Below, piece after piece: positions 15,585 through 25,251 of a DNA stretch of 64,000 nt. Under the pieces are notes generated by a model. That model saw only the letters and a program-made list of their open reading frames with translations. It searched no databases and had not been told where the DNA came from. Numbering within the stretch: the first letter of the stretch is position 1; every line of letters begins with the position of its first letter. This DNA comes from an uncultured Clostridia bacterium. Its GTDB lineage: Bacteria; Bacillota; Clostridia; Christensenellales; UBA1242. The translations under genes were made by a program, and so were the position numbers. The DNA is taken from assembly GCA_930971385.1 (NCBI GenBank), contig CAKNGB010000001.1, positions 263,683-327,682 on the forward strand, in the 5' to 3' direction.

Positions 15585-16262
15585 ATGAAAAAATTATGTT
15601 ATCTTCAAAGAAAGCATAAAAAGCGAAGAAGAATTGTGGCGCTCACTCTTTTTCTTATTTTGTTTTTGTCGATAATCTTATATATTTTTTGCATAATAAT
15701 TCCAGTGGTTAAAGAAGCAACTTGGGCATCTATTTATTCACTTTCCACCTCTGCTGTCAGTGATGCGGTTTATGATGTTATTGCTGAGCAAAATTTAACT
15801 TACGAGGACCTTGTTGAAACAACTTACGATAATAATGGTGACATATCTTTAATTTCAGTTGACACGGTTTTAGTGAACAGTTTAACGCGAAGATTTTATC
15901 AGGTAGCGCAGGTCTATCTTGACCGCATGGGTGACAATGGAATTGATATTGCGCTTGGCACTTTCACTGGCATTCCTCCACTTGTGGGCGTGGGGCCAAA
16001 AATAAACATCAAACTTGTGCAAATAGGAGCGATGACTGCGTCTTTTCGAAGTTCCTTTCAAAGTGCAGGAATAAATCAAACCTTACACTCGCTTTACATT
16101 GAACTTCACGCCAGCGTTTCGCTTCTTCTTCCAGCATATTCTTCCACTGTTGACTCTATCACCGAAGTTCTTGTGGTGGAAAGCGTGATTGTGGGCGAAG
16201 TGCCTGATGTTTACTTAGGCTCAAACAACACCATAAGCCTTGCGCCAAGCACCGCGATGTAA
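15585..16262 (+). CDS. yunB: Sporulation protein YunB
   Basis: N-terminal TM segment. The pattern ALGTFTGIPPLVGVGPKINI...AGINQTLHSLYIELH...VGEVPDVY is collinear with Bacillus YunB. Confidence 0.72.
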   Translation: MKKLCYLQRKHKKRRRIVALTLFLILFLSIILYIFCIIIPVVKEATWASIYSLSTSAVSDAVYDVIAEQNLTYEDLVETTYDNNGDISLISVDTVLVNSLTRRFYQVAQVYLDRMGDNGIDIALGTFTGIPPLVGVGPKINIKLVQIGAMTASFRSSFQSAGINQTLHSLYIELHASVSLLLPAYSSTVDSITEVLVVESVIVGEVPDVYLGSNNTISLAPSTAM

Positions 16263-16338
16263 AATTTTTGAAATATTTATCGAATTTGTTTTCCTTTTTA
16301 CGCAAAATTTTGTATAATAAAAAAATCAAGGAGAACAA

Positions 16339-17067
16339 ATGGAAAAAAAGACACTTTCAAATGCGAGGCGATTTATTCAGTCATATAATAACATCGACTA
16401 CACCATTCGCACACGCTATAACTTAAATCGCAGTATGGGGTTTTCTGAACTTATAAGAAAAAGCGTGGCGTTAAATTTTATCGTAAGAAAATATGAGGAT
16501 GACCTCATCGACTTTGGTAGGCTTAGGAATGCCATTGTGCATGGAAATGAAGATTACATCATGGCAGAACCACATATTGATGTTGTGGAACAAATTGAGA
16601 AGATTGAGCGTTTGTTAACAGCGCCACCAAAGGCACTTGAACTTGTTTGTAGACGTGATGTGTTAACAATTTCAGCAAATCAAAGCATGAAAGATGCGAT
16701 TATGCTTATCGCTTCTTCTTCCTATTCCAATATTCCAGCATATAACGATAAGGGAGAAATCATTGGCATAGCAAATGGGCAGAAAATTCTGGACTCGTTT
16801 GGCAAACATCTTTTGTCTGGCGGAAAGGCGGACTCGTTTTTGAATAATGTTAAAATTGAAGATATGCTTTCCAAAATTGAAAACAGTAATTACTACATCT
16901 TTGCCAATAAAGATTTGACAGTGGAAGAGGCACTAGAGTTTTTCCATGATAATTCTAAACTTCTTGCCATCTTAGTCACAAAAAACGGCGGAGCAAAGGA
17001 AAAGCCACTTGGCATAATCACAGGCTCGGATGTTATCAAAATGAACACAATTTTGGAAAATTATTAA
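16339..17067 (+). CDS. HEPN-like (RNxxxH) N-terminal domain fused to a CBS-domain pair
   Basis: GRLRNAIVH is at codons 61-68 (R-N at 16525-16530, H at 16540-16542) in a helical region of about 95 aa. The C-terminal half has two CBS-like units. RBS is AAGGAG. Confidence 0.65.
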   Translation: MEKKTLSNARRFIQSYNNIDYTIRTRYNLNRSMGFSELIRKSVALNFIVRKYEDDLIDFGRLRNAIVHGNEDYIMAEPHIDVVEQIEKIERLLTAPPKALELVCRRDVLTISANQSMKDAIMLIASSSYSNIPAYNDKGEIIGIANGQKILDSFGKHLLSGGKADSFLNNVKIEDMLSKIENSNYYIFANKDLTVEEALEFFHDNSKLLAILVTKNGGAKEKPLGIITGSDVIKMNTILENY

Positions 17068-17073
17068 TATTTA

Positions 17074-17102
17074 TTGACAAATCTTGTTTAATTCGTTAAA
17101 AT
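17074..17102 (+). promoter_or_regulatory. Sigma-A promoter of the ileS leader
   Basis: TTGACA (17074-17079), 17-nt spacer, TAAAAT (17097-17102). Confidence 0.75.
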
Positions 17103-17104
17103 AT

Positions 17105-17350
17105 AAGCGAATTTAAAATTCATAAAGGCGTTTGAGGAAAGACAACATCTTATCTTTGGATTTTCAGAGAGTTGCCGTTTGGTGCAAGGCAATATGAAGA
17201 ATTTAAGGTTATCACTTTCCAAGCTTCTTAGCAGAAATTAAGTAAGTTAAGACGGGGCTTCCCGTGACAGAAGAAGTGGGTGATTGCCCATAGCAAACAA
17301 GTGGTTAAACTCTTTCTTAGCAGAGTCTTGTTTTGCTAAGAATTTTTTTT
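17105..17350 (+). promoter_or_regulatory. T-box leader (Ile specifier) with terminator/antiterminator
   Basis: Stem I elements AGAGAG...TGGTGCAAG are present. The candidate specifier is ATC followed by A at 17211-17214. A degenerate T-box string AAGTGGTTAAAC precedes the terminator CTTAGCA-N11-TGCTAAG + T8 (17316-17350). Confidence 0.65.
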
Positions 17351-17362
17351 AGGAGAAAGAAA

Positions 17363-20300
17363 ATGTATAGAAAAGTGGATGCAAAACTGGATTTTGTTGG
17401 AAACGAAGAAAAAATCTTGAAATTTTGGAAGGAAAACAACATCGTTGATAAGGCGCTTTCTTTAAATAAAGATAGCGGAAAGAATTTCGTCCTTCACGAC
17501 GGGCCACCAACTGCAAATGGCAAGCCACACATTGGCCATGTTTTAACGCGCGCCATGAAAGATGTTATTCCAAGATATAAGTCGATGAAAGGCTATTACA
17601 TCTTCCGCAAGGCTGGTTGGGACACTCACGGGCTTCCAGTTGAAGTGGAAGTGGAGAAAGAACTTGGCTTCAATGGCAAAAAGGATATTGAAAACTACGG
17701 CATCGACAAGTTTATTGAACTTTGCAAATCTTCCGTTTGGAAATATAAGTCTATGTGGGAAGATTTAACAAATAAAATTGGCTACTGGGTGGACATGGAA
17801 CATCCATACATTACTTATGAAAATTCCTATATCGAAAGCGTTTTTTGGGCGCTTAAAGAAATGGATAAGAAAGGGCTGATTTATCAAGGGCACAAGGTTG
17901 TGCCATATTGCCCAAGATGTGGAACAAGTTTGTCGAAAGCAGAACTGGAAAACGGCGATAACTATAAGATTATTAAAGATAAGTCCATTTTCGTGAAATT
18001 CAAAAGTTTGCAAGAAGATAACACATATTTTCTTGTTTGGACAACAACTCCTTGGACGCTTCCTTCCAACATTGCTCTTTGCATGAACCCTGAGGAAGAA
18101 TACACAAAAATAAGTTGCAACGGCGAAAACTTCATCATGCTTGACAAACTTATTCCAACATTGTTTGAAGAAGGAACATATAAGAAGATTTACACCAAAA
18201 AAGGCAAGGAATTTGAAAATCAAAAATACCAGCCACTTTTTAACTATGCAAAGGATGTTAAAAAAGGCTTTATCGTCACAGTTGACGACTATGTGACCAC
18301 CGACGACGGCACAGGAATTGTTCACATCGCGCCTGCGTTTGGTGAGGACGACGCAAAAGTTGGGCAGAAATATGGTTTAACCTTCGTTCAATTTGTGGAC
18401 GACGCTGGCAAAATGACAAAGGAAACAGAATATGAGGGGATGCCTGTTAAAGAAGCAAACGCACCAATCATTGAACAACTTAAAAGAGAAGGAAAACTTT
18501 TCAAAGTTCAACCAGTTGAACACTCATATCCACATTGCTGGAGATGTAAAAGTCCGCTTTTATATTACGCACAAGATGCTTGGTTTGTGAAAACAACTGC
18601 AATTCGCGACGAACTTGTTAAGAATAACCAAAAAATCAACTGGATTCCAGACCACATCAAAAACGGCAGAATGGGAAACTTCCTTGCCAACAACATTGAC
18701 TGGAACATTTCAAGAAATAGGTATTGGGGAACACCACTTCCATTTTGGAAATGTGAAAACGGTCATGTTCATGTTGTGGGAAGTGTTAAGGAATTAAAGG
18801 AACTCTCTGGCACTTGTGGCGACTTTGACCTTCACAAGCCAACGCTAGACAAAATCACATTTCCATGTCCAAAATGTGGCAAAATCATGAAAAGAACGCC
18901 AGAGGTTATGGACTGCTGGTTCGACAGTGGCTCAATGCCATTTGCACAATATCACTACCCATTTGAAAATAAAGATATTTTTGAAAAGGCGTTTTGTGCA
19001 GACTATATCAGCGAGGCGATTGACCAAACAAGAGGTTGGTTCAACACGCTTCTCTCTGTCAACACCGCAGTTTTTGGAAAAGCACCATTCAAAGCGTGCA
19101 ATGTGCTTGGGCTTGTGTTAGACAAAAATGGCTTGAAAATGAGTAAGAGTTTGAAAAACGGCGTTGACCCATGGGATGTGCTTTCAAAATATGGCGCAGA
19201 CGGCGTTAGGTGGTATTTCTTTTCAAGTTGCAATCCAGCGCAAGGGTTGCCATTCATCGAAGAGAACCTTATTGACCTTCAAAGAAAGTTCATGGGCACA
19301 CTTTGGAATGTTTATTGCTTCTATGTTTTATACGCGGAAATCGACAAAATCGACCCAACAAAATATTCTCTTTCCAACTGCAAACTTTCCTTCCTCGACA
19401 AGTGGCTTCTCTCCGATTTTAATGCTCTAATTAAAATTGTGGATGAAAACTTAGATAAATATGATATGCAAACGCCAGCAAAGGCGATAAGTGAATTTGT
19501 TGATAAACTTTCAAATTGGTATATTAGGCGCTCGCGTGAAAGATTTTGGGGGAGTGAACAAAGCGAAGATAAGAAAGCAGCATATAAAACTTTGTATGAA
19601 GTTTTGGTGAACTTGTCGAAACTTATCGCTCCATTTGTGCCATTTATTGCCGAAGAAATCTATCAGAACCTTGTTAGAAGTTTGGATAAAAACGCTCCAG
19701 AAAGCGTGCATTTCTGTGCATTTCCTGTGGCAGACGAGAAGATGATTGACAATTCCCTAAATGAAGGAATGGATAAAGTTTTGGAAATTGTCCTTCTTGG
19801 CAGAGCCTGCCGAAGTGCAAGCAATGTGAAAAACAGGCAACCTCTTTCCAAAGTGCTTGTTTGCACAAAGGATACTCTTAGCCTTAACGAAGAACTTATA
19901 AACCTAATTAAAGACGAACTCAATGTTGAAAACTTGGAAATACTTCATAATGCGGACGAATTTGTTTCCTATGAAATCAAACCTCAACTTAGAACTGTTG
20001 GTCCAAAATATGGAAAACTCTTGGGAGGAATTAAAAATTATCTTTCTTCCGCAAACGCTAATGAACTTGTCAATAACGTGAGCAATAATAAGGAAATTTC
20101 CTTTGTTGTGAACGGCGAAAATGTTGTTTTAACAGAAAGCGACCTTTTAATTTCACTTAAAAATAAAGAAGGTTTTTCCAGCGAAACAAATGGCGAAATA
20201 ACTGTTATTCTTGACACAACACTGAACGCTGACCTTATTGAAAAAGGTATGGTTAAAGAATTTATCAGTAAAGTGCAAAACTTTAGAAAGGAAAGCAACT

Positions 20301-20491
20301 TTGAAGTTGTTAACCACATCAAAATTGAAATTAATGGAGATGAGAGCTTAACAAAAACGCTTTTAAATCATGAAGATGACCTTAAAAAAGGCACGCTTTG
20401 TGATGAGGTCAATATTGGCACAAACGGAACTCACTCTTTTGAGTTTGAGTTTAATGGTGAGAAAGTGACAGTTTCAATATCTAAAATTTAA
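17363..20491 (+). CDS. ileS: Isoleucine--tRNA ligase, long (type 2-like, 1042 aa) form
   Basis: HIGH variant PHIGHVL and a KMSKS motif. The ATG at 17363 follows AGGAGAAAG. The track start at 17333 lies inside the leader terminator. Confidence 0.93.
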   Translation: MYRKVDAKLDFVGNEEKILKFWKENNIVDKALSLNKDSGKNFVLHDGPPTANGKPHIGHVLTRAMKDVIPRYKSMKGYYIFRKAGWDTHGLPVEVEVEKELGFNGKKDIENYGIDKFIELCKSSVWKYKSMWEDLTNKIGYWVDMEHPYITYENSYIESVFWALKEMDKKGLIYQGHKVVPYCPRCGTSLSKAELENGDNYKIIKDKSIFVKFKSLQEDNTYFLVWTTTPWTLPSNIALCMNPEEEYTKISCNGENFIMLDKLIPTLFEEGTYKKIYTKKGKEFENQKYQPLFNYAKDVKKGFIVTVDDYVTTDDGTGIVHIAPAFGEDDAKVGQKYGLTFVQFVDDAGKMTKETEYEGMPVKEANAPIIEQLKREGKLFKVQPVEHSYPHCWRCKSPLLYYAQDAWFVKTTAIRDELVKNNQKINWIPDHIKNGRMGNFLANNIDWNISRNRYWGTPLPFWKCENGHVHVVGSVKELKELSGTCGDFDLHKPTLDKITFPCPKCGKIMKRTPEVMDCWFDSGSMPFAQYHYPFENKDIFEKAFCADYISEAIDQTRGWFNTLLSVNTAVFGKAPFKACNVLGLVLDKNGLKMSKSLKNGVDPWDVLSKYGADGVRWYFFSSCNPAQGLPFIEENLIDLQRKFMGTLWNVYCFYVLYAEIDKIDPTKYSLSNCKLSFLDKWLLSDFNALIKIVDENLDKYDMQTPAKAISEFVDKLSNWYIRRSRERFWGSEQSEDKKAAYKTLYEVLVNLSKLIAPFVPFIAEEIYQNLVRSLDKNAPESVHFCAFPVADEKMIDNSLNEGMDKVLEIVLLGRACRSASNVKNRQPLSKVLVCTKDTLSLNEELINLIKDELNVENLEILHNADEFVSYEIKPQLRTVGPKYGKLLGGIKNYLSSANANELVNNVSNNKEISFVVNGENVVLTESDLLISLKNKEGFSSETNGEITVILDTTLNADLIEKGMVKEFISKVQNFRKESNFEVVNHIKIEINGDESLTKTLLNHEDDLKKGTLCDEVNIGTNGTHSFEFEFNGEKVTVSISKI

Positions 20492-20503
20492 TAAGGAAAA
20501 AGT

Positions 20504-21349
20504 ATGAGAATTGCAGACGATTGGAAAGACTATAAAGTGATTGCCACAGGCGATGGATATAAACTTGAAGATTGGGGAAAGATTAAACTTCTTCGCCCTG
20601 ACCCTCAAGTTATTTGGCACGCCGAAAGCGACCTTTTTAAGCGTAAGGATGTGGATGCATATTACGAAAAGCATGAAGGCGGTGGCAGGTGGCACTATCT
20701 TAAAAAAATTCCAGACGAGTGGCAAATCTCATGGAAAAATTTAAAATTCATTGTGAAGCCTATGGGCTTTAAGCACACTGGCATCTTTCCAGAACAGGCG
20801 ACAAATTGGAATTTGATGAGCGAGATTATTAAAGATAGAAAAGATGTTAAAGTTTTAAACCTCTTTGCTTACACTGGCGGGGCGTCGGTGGCACTTAGCA
20901 AGGCGGGTGCACTTGTCACTCATGTGGACGCCAGCAAAGGTATGGTGGAACGCGCAAAAGAAAATGCCAAATTAAACAACATTTCCAACATCCGTTTCAT
21001 TGTGGACGACTGCCAAAAGTTTGTGGAGCGAGAAATTAGGCGAGGAAACACCTATGACGCCATCATCATGGATCCACCAAGTTACGGACGCGGACCAAGT
21101 GGCGAGATGTGGAAACTTGAAGATAACCTTACCGATTTTGTCAGTCTAACTAAACGCGTTTTAAGCGAAAAACCACTTTTTGTGCTTATTAATTCATACA
21201 CAACTGGGCTTCAACCAACCGTTATTGCCAACATTCTTAAAAGTGTTTTTGGTAAAACGAATGTGGAAGCGGATGAAATTGGCTTGCCAACAGAGGAAGG
21301 GTTAATCCTTCCATGCGGAGCAACAGGAGTTAAAATATGGAAAAATTAA
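20504..21349 (+). CDS. Class I SAM-dependent methyltransferase (RlmI/RlmK-like rRNA MTase core)
   Basis: Strings LNLFAYTGGASVA, THVDASK and IIMDPPSYGRG. Confidence 0.75.
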   Translation: MRIADDWKDYKVIATGDGYKLEDWGKIKLLRPDPQVIWHAESDLFKRKDVDAYYEKHEGGGRWHYLKKIPDEWQISWKNLKFIVKPMGFKHTGIFPEQATNWNLMSEIIKDRKDVKVLNLFAYTGGASVALSKAGALVTHVDASKGMVERAKENAKLNNISNIRFIVDDCQKFVEREIRRGNTYDAIIMDPPSYGRGPSGEMWKLEDNLTDFVSLTKRVLSEKPLFVLINSYTTGLQPTVIANILKSVFGKTNVEADEIGLPTEEGLILPCGATGVKIWKN

Positions 21350-22032
21350 ATGTGCTTTATGAAGATAATCAAGTTATTGTTGTTGTGAAACCACAGAATA
21401 TGCCAACGCAAAGCGATGAAAGTGGCGATGTTGACCTTCTTTCTATGGTTAAAGCCTATGTTAAGGAAAAATATCACAAGGAAGGCGAGGCGTTCATCGG
21501 CTTGGTGCATAGGCTGGACAGACCAACTGGTGGCGTTATGGTTTTTGCACGAAACTCGAAGTCTGCCAAAAGGCTTTCCGAGCAGTTTAAGGAGCACACG
21601 ACCGATAAAATATACTTTGCTGTCACTGAAAAAGTGGTAAAGTTTAAAAAAGACCACCTTGTGAACTATCTTGAAAAAGATGAGCGTGAAAACAAAGTTA
21701 AGGTTGTGCCAATGGGTGTGAGTGGTGCAAAAAAAGCGGAACTTATTTATGAGGAGCTTGAGAACAACGGAAAACACAGCCTTTTGAAAGTGCAAATTTT
21801 AACTGGAAGAAGCCACCAAATTCGCGTGCAACTTGCCAATATTGGCTGTGCGCTGTTTGGCGATGCAAAATATGGCAAAAATAAAAGTAAGACCACAAAC
21901 CTTGGGCTTTGGGCAGGGGAACTGTCTTTCACACATCCAACCACAAAAGATAGAATGGTGTTTTATGTCAGCCCTGACGACACAAAAATGCCTTGGAAAG
22001 AATTTGATATTTCAAAATATTTTGTGAGGTGA
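21337..22032 (+). CDS. RluA-family pseudouridine synthase (no S4 domain)
   Basis: Strings HRLDRPTGGVMVFARN and GRSHQIRVQLA. Confidence 0.85.
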   Translation: MEKLNVLYEDNQVIVVVKPQNMPTQSDESGDVDLLSMVKAYVKEKYHKEGEAFIGLVHRLDRPTGGVMVFARNSKSAKRLSEQFKEHTTDKIYFAVTEKVVKFKKDHLVNYLEKDERENKVKVVPMGVSGAKKAELIYEELENNGKHSLLKVQILTGRSHQIRVQLANIGCALFGDAKYGKNKSKTTNLGLWAGELSFTHPTTKDRMVFYVSPDDTKMPWKEFDISKYFVR

Positions 22033-22034
22033 GA

Positions 22035-23813
22035 ATGAAAAAGCGTGAAGAAATTGAAGAGAAGTTCAAATGGGATTTGACCAAGTTTTGCAAAAGTAAT
22101 GATGATTTTTATAAGCGTTTAAATAAACTTAAAGGTAACATTAAAACCGTTTCCGCTTTTGAAGGAAAACTTGAAAACGATGAAGAACTTTTTAAATGCC
22201 TTGAATGTGAAACCGCTCTTTCCAAGGAATTTGGCTTTTTATATCTTTATGCTAATTTATATAAAAAAGCAGACAATGCAAACACGGTGGCAAACGAGAT
22301 GTGCGAGAAAATAAACTCTTTGCAAACCACTCTTGCCGTTGCCACAACATTTATTGATGTTGAGGTTTCAAAATTATCTGATGAAAAACTAAAAGTTCTT
22401 CAAAAAGAGAAGAAGTTTAAAGATTATAAACGCTATTTTGAAGGAATTTTGCGCCATAAAAAACATATTTTGCCAAAAAATGAGGAAAATCTTCTTTCAC
22501 ACCTTGGCGAATTTACCGACGGTTTTTCAGAAAATTTTGACGCGTTTTCGGATGTGGATTTGAAATTTGGCGATATTTTAGACTCCAAGGGCAAAAAACA
22601 CACCTTAAATCAATCAAACTACACGCTTTTTGCTGAAATTGAGGATAGAACGCTGAGAAAGAACGCCTTTAAGCGTATGAATGGTAAGTTTGGTGAGTTT
22701 ATCAATTTTCTTTCAAATAACTATATAAACGAAGTTAAAGAACTTTGCGTTTTTTCTAAACTTAGAAAATATCCTTCTGCTCTTGCTGGCTCAATTTATA
22801 ACGAAGAAGCAAGCGAAAAGGTGTATAAACTATTAATCAAAAAAGTGCGTGAAAATGTTAAGATAATTGAGGACTTTTTCGATATTAAACGCCAAATGCT
22901 TAACCTAGACACTGTGGCAGTTTACGACACTTTTGCGCCAATCGTGAAGGATATCGACAAAAAATTCACATATAACGAGGCGATTGAACTTATTAAAAAA
23001 GCGGTGCAAGTTTTAGGCGATGACTATGTGAAACTTATCGACCGCGCGGTCAGCGAAAGGTGGATTGATGTTTATCCAAACGAGAATAAGGATAGCGGTG
23101 CTTTTTCTTGGGGATGCTATGGTGCAACGCCAGTTGTTTTAACCAATTTTGAAGGGAATTTATCTTCCGTTTTCACTTTGGCGCATGAACTTGGGCACGC
23201 AATGCACAGTTTTCTATCCGACAAAAATCAGCCATATCAAACTGCGGGTTATGTGATTTTTGTGGCAGAGGTTGCCAGCACAACAAACGAAATGCTTCTT
23301 TTAAATTATCTTCTTGCGCGCGCCAAAACGAAAGAGGAAAAGATGTTCTACTATAATCATTTTTTGGTTGATGTGCGCTCCACAATATTCAGGCAAACCA
23401 TGTTCAGCGAGTTTGAGGAATTTGCTCATGCTGAATATGAAAAAGGGGTGCCATTAACGCGAGAACTTCTCTGCAAAAAATATCAACAGCTCAACAATTT
23501 CTATCACGGAAAAAGTGTGGAGCAGATTGATGAAATGCAGTTCGAGTGGGCAAGAATACCGCATTTTTACTCTCATTTTTATGTGTATAAATATGCAACA
23601 GGCATGATATGTGCTGTGAACATCGCAAACAGGCTAATAAACAATGAGTATAATCAAAAAGAAAAGTATTTAAAGTTCCTTTCTTCTGGAAGCATCAAAA
23701 GCCCGATTGCTCTTTTAAAATCGTGCGGATGCGATTTGGAGAAGGAGGAGATTTACGATGATGTTTTTGCTGTTTGCAAAGATTTTATAAAAAAATGGAA
23801 AGCGCTTTTATAA
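22035..23813 (+). CDS. pepF: Oligoendopeptidase F (M3B)
   Basis: HELGHAMHS zinc motif with the expected length and layout. The ATG at 22035 follows GTGAGGTGAG. Confidence 0.88.
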   Translation: MKKREEIEEKFKWDLTKFCKSNDDFYKRLNKLKGNIKTVSAFEGKLENDEELFKCLECETALSKEFGFLYLYANLYKKADNANTVANEMCEKINSLQTTLAVATTFIDVEVSKLSDEKLKVLQKEKKFKDYKRYFEGILRHKKHILPKNEENLLSHLGEFTDGFSENFDAFSDVDLKFGDILDSKGKKHTLNQSNYTLFAEIEDRTLRKNAFKRMNGKFGEFINFLSNNYINEVKELCVFSKLRKYPSALAGSIYNEEASEKVYKLLIKKVRENVKIIEDFFDIKRQMLNLDTVAVYDTFAPIVKDIDKKFTYNEAIELIKKAVQVLGDDYVKLIDRAVSERWIDVYPNENKDSGAFSWGCYGATPVVLTNFEGNLSSVFTLAHELGHAMHSFLSDKNQPYQTAGYVIFVAEVASTTNEMLLLNYLLARAKTKEEKMFYYNHFLVDVRSTIFRQTMFSEFEEFAHAEYEKGVPLTRELLCKKYQQLNNFYHGKSVEQIDEMQFEWARIPHFYSHFYVYKYATGMICAVNIANRLINNEYNQKEKYLKFLSSGSIKSPIALLKSCGCDLEKEEIYDDVFAVCKDFIKKWKALL

Positions 23814-23823
23814 CAAAATTTAT

Positions 23824-23850
23824 CCTTGCATACTACCTTGCATACTACTA
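23824..23850. repeat. Copy (c): tandem half-sites of the repeat family, 10 nt after the pepF stop
   Basis: CCTTGCATACTA occurs twice in tandem (23824-23835 and 23836-23847). Each unit contains TGCATACTAC. Confidence 0.7.
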
Positions 23851-23942
23851 TAATAATTATTCAAAAATATGCATAAAAATAAAAGACTAACAATTAAGTT
23901 AGCCTTTTTATTTTAAAATTTTTTCTTTTGTTTTTTGTGTAT

Positions 23943-24134
23943 TTATCTTTTGCAATTTCGTGAATTTTGACCGATGAAATAGCCAATTAAAAACATGGTT
24001 AAGTCATCTTGACACGAACAACTTGGGGGACAACATGGAACATCACAACAAGGGTTGCATGGTTGCCACTGTGGAGGTGGACACGGACGCAAATTAACAA
24101 AATCGCCTTGGCAGTATTTTCTTGAATAATGCAT
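23943..24134 (-). CDS. Small Cys/Pro-rich protein (63 aa) with a hydrophobic C-terminal segment
   Basis: 10 Cys residues in CPPPQWQPCNPCCDVPCCPPSCSC. A strong RBS is present (AATGGAGGTAGAAA-ATG on the minus strand). Confidence 0.65.
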   Translation of the reverse strand: MHYSRKYCQGDFVNLRPCPPPQWQPCNPCCDVPCCPPSCSCQDDLTMFLIGYFIGQNSRNCKR

Positions 24135-24231
24135 TTTCTACCTCCATTATCAGCATATTGAATTTTTTAAAAAGTGTGCAAAAAATTTAAAACAATTTTA
24201 GTAACTTATTTCAATCTCAAAATTTCTCTAT

Positions 24232-24258
24232 AAAAAAATTGCCATAGGTTTAGGCAAT
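24232..24258 (-). terminator. Intrinsic terminator of the SDR gene (minus strand)
   Basis: TTGCC-N9-GGCAA hairpin. The A7 run on the plus strand reads as a T-run on the minus strand. Confidence 0.65.
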
Positions 24259-24274
24259 TTTATCTAACAAATTT

Positions 24275-25057
24275 TTATTTTGTTTTGTAGAATATTTTAG
24301 TGATGCAAGAGTTCAAAAACTTTGTTGTCACAAGGCGTTTAAAGGCGTAGAAAATGTGATATTGTCTCCCTATGATGTATTGCGGTTTAAACTTTTTCTT
24401 TTCAATGATTTTCATCATGGCATTAACGGCGTATTCACTTTTCATTCTGCGTTTTTCCGATTTTTCTGTTGGCTTTGTGGAAATTTCCACCGCTTTGCCA
24501 TATCTTTCGTTCGTTTCATAGTTTTTAACGCGGTTTTCGGTGAAATTGGTTCTTATATCGCCAGGACAAATGGAGGTGACATCGATGTTTGTTCTGTTTA
24601 ACTCCATTTTAAGTGACTGAGCGAAACTGTTAACTGCGCTTTTACTTGCACAGTAATATGCTTTAAAAGGAAGAGGGAAAATTCCAGCAGCGGAGGAGAT
24701 AATCACAATTTTAGAGTTTCTTTTCATAAGCGGGAGGGCGTATTTCACAGCGTTTGTTGTGCCGAAGAAGTTTACATCAAATTGTTTTTTCGCCTCTTGC
24801 TCGTCAGTTAACTCAATCGCGCCGGAAAGCCCGTAGCCTGCGGAGGTTATCAAAATGTCGATAAAGCCGTGATTTAAAAAGATGTCGTCAAAAACTGCTT
24901 TTAAAGCGTTTTGGTCGGAAACATCGCATTTATAGTCCGCGCCGTTTCGCGAAATATCAATAACCTTATCTCCTTTTTTTTCAAAACTTTCTTTCAGTCC
25001 TTTTCCAAGCCCGCTTGACGAGCCAGTGATCACCACCAATCTTCTTTCAATTCTCAT
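24275..25057 (-). CDS. Short-chain dehydrogenase/reductase (SDR)
   Basis: ITGSSSGLGKG cofactor motif and catalytic YCASKSAV. The ATG at 25057 has a GAGG RBS 6 nt upstream. Confidence 0.85.
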   Translation of the reverse strand: MRIERRLVVITGSSSGLGKGLKESFEKKGDKVIDISRNGADYKCDVSDQNALKAVFDDIFLNHGFIDILITSAGYGLSGAIELTDEQEAKKQFDVNFFGTTNAVKYALPLMKRNSKIVIISSAAGIFPLPFKAYYCASKSAVNSFAQSLKMELNRTNIDVTSICPGDIRTNFTENRVKNYETNERYGKAVEISTKPTEKSEKRRMKSEYAVNAMMKIIEKKKFKPQYIIGRQYHIFYAFKRLVTTKFLNSCITKIFYKTK

Positions 25058-25251
25058 ATTCAACCTCGTTTTATTTCACAATTATGTTTTAGCATAATTT
25101 CGATTTTTTTCAAAATGATTTGACAGTTATTTTAAAAAAATGTTAGCATATATTCGTTTTGAAGGGAAAATTTTGGCGGAAATTTGTTAATAATATTTCA
25201 ATATTAAAAAAATTCGCTTTATTTAGGCTTCAAGCCTTAAAAGGAAAAATA

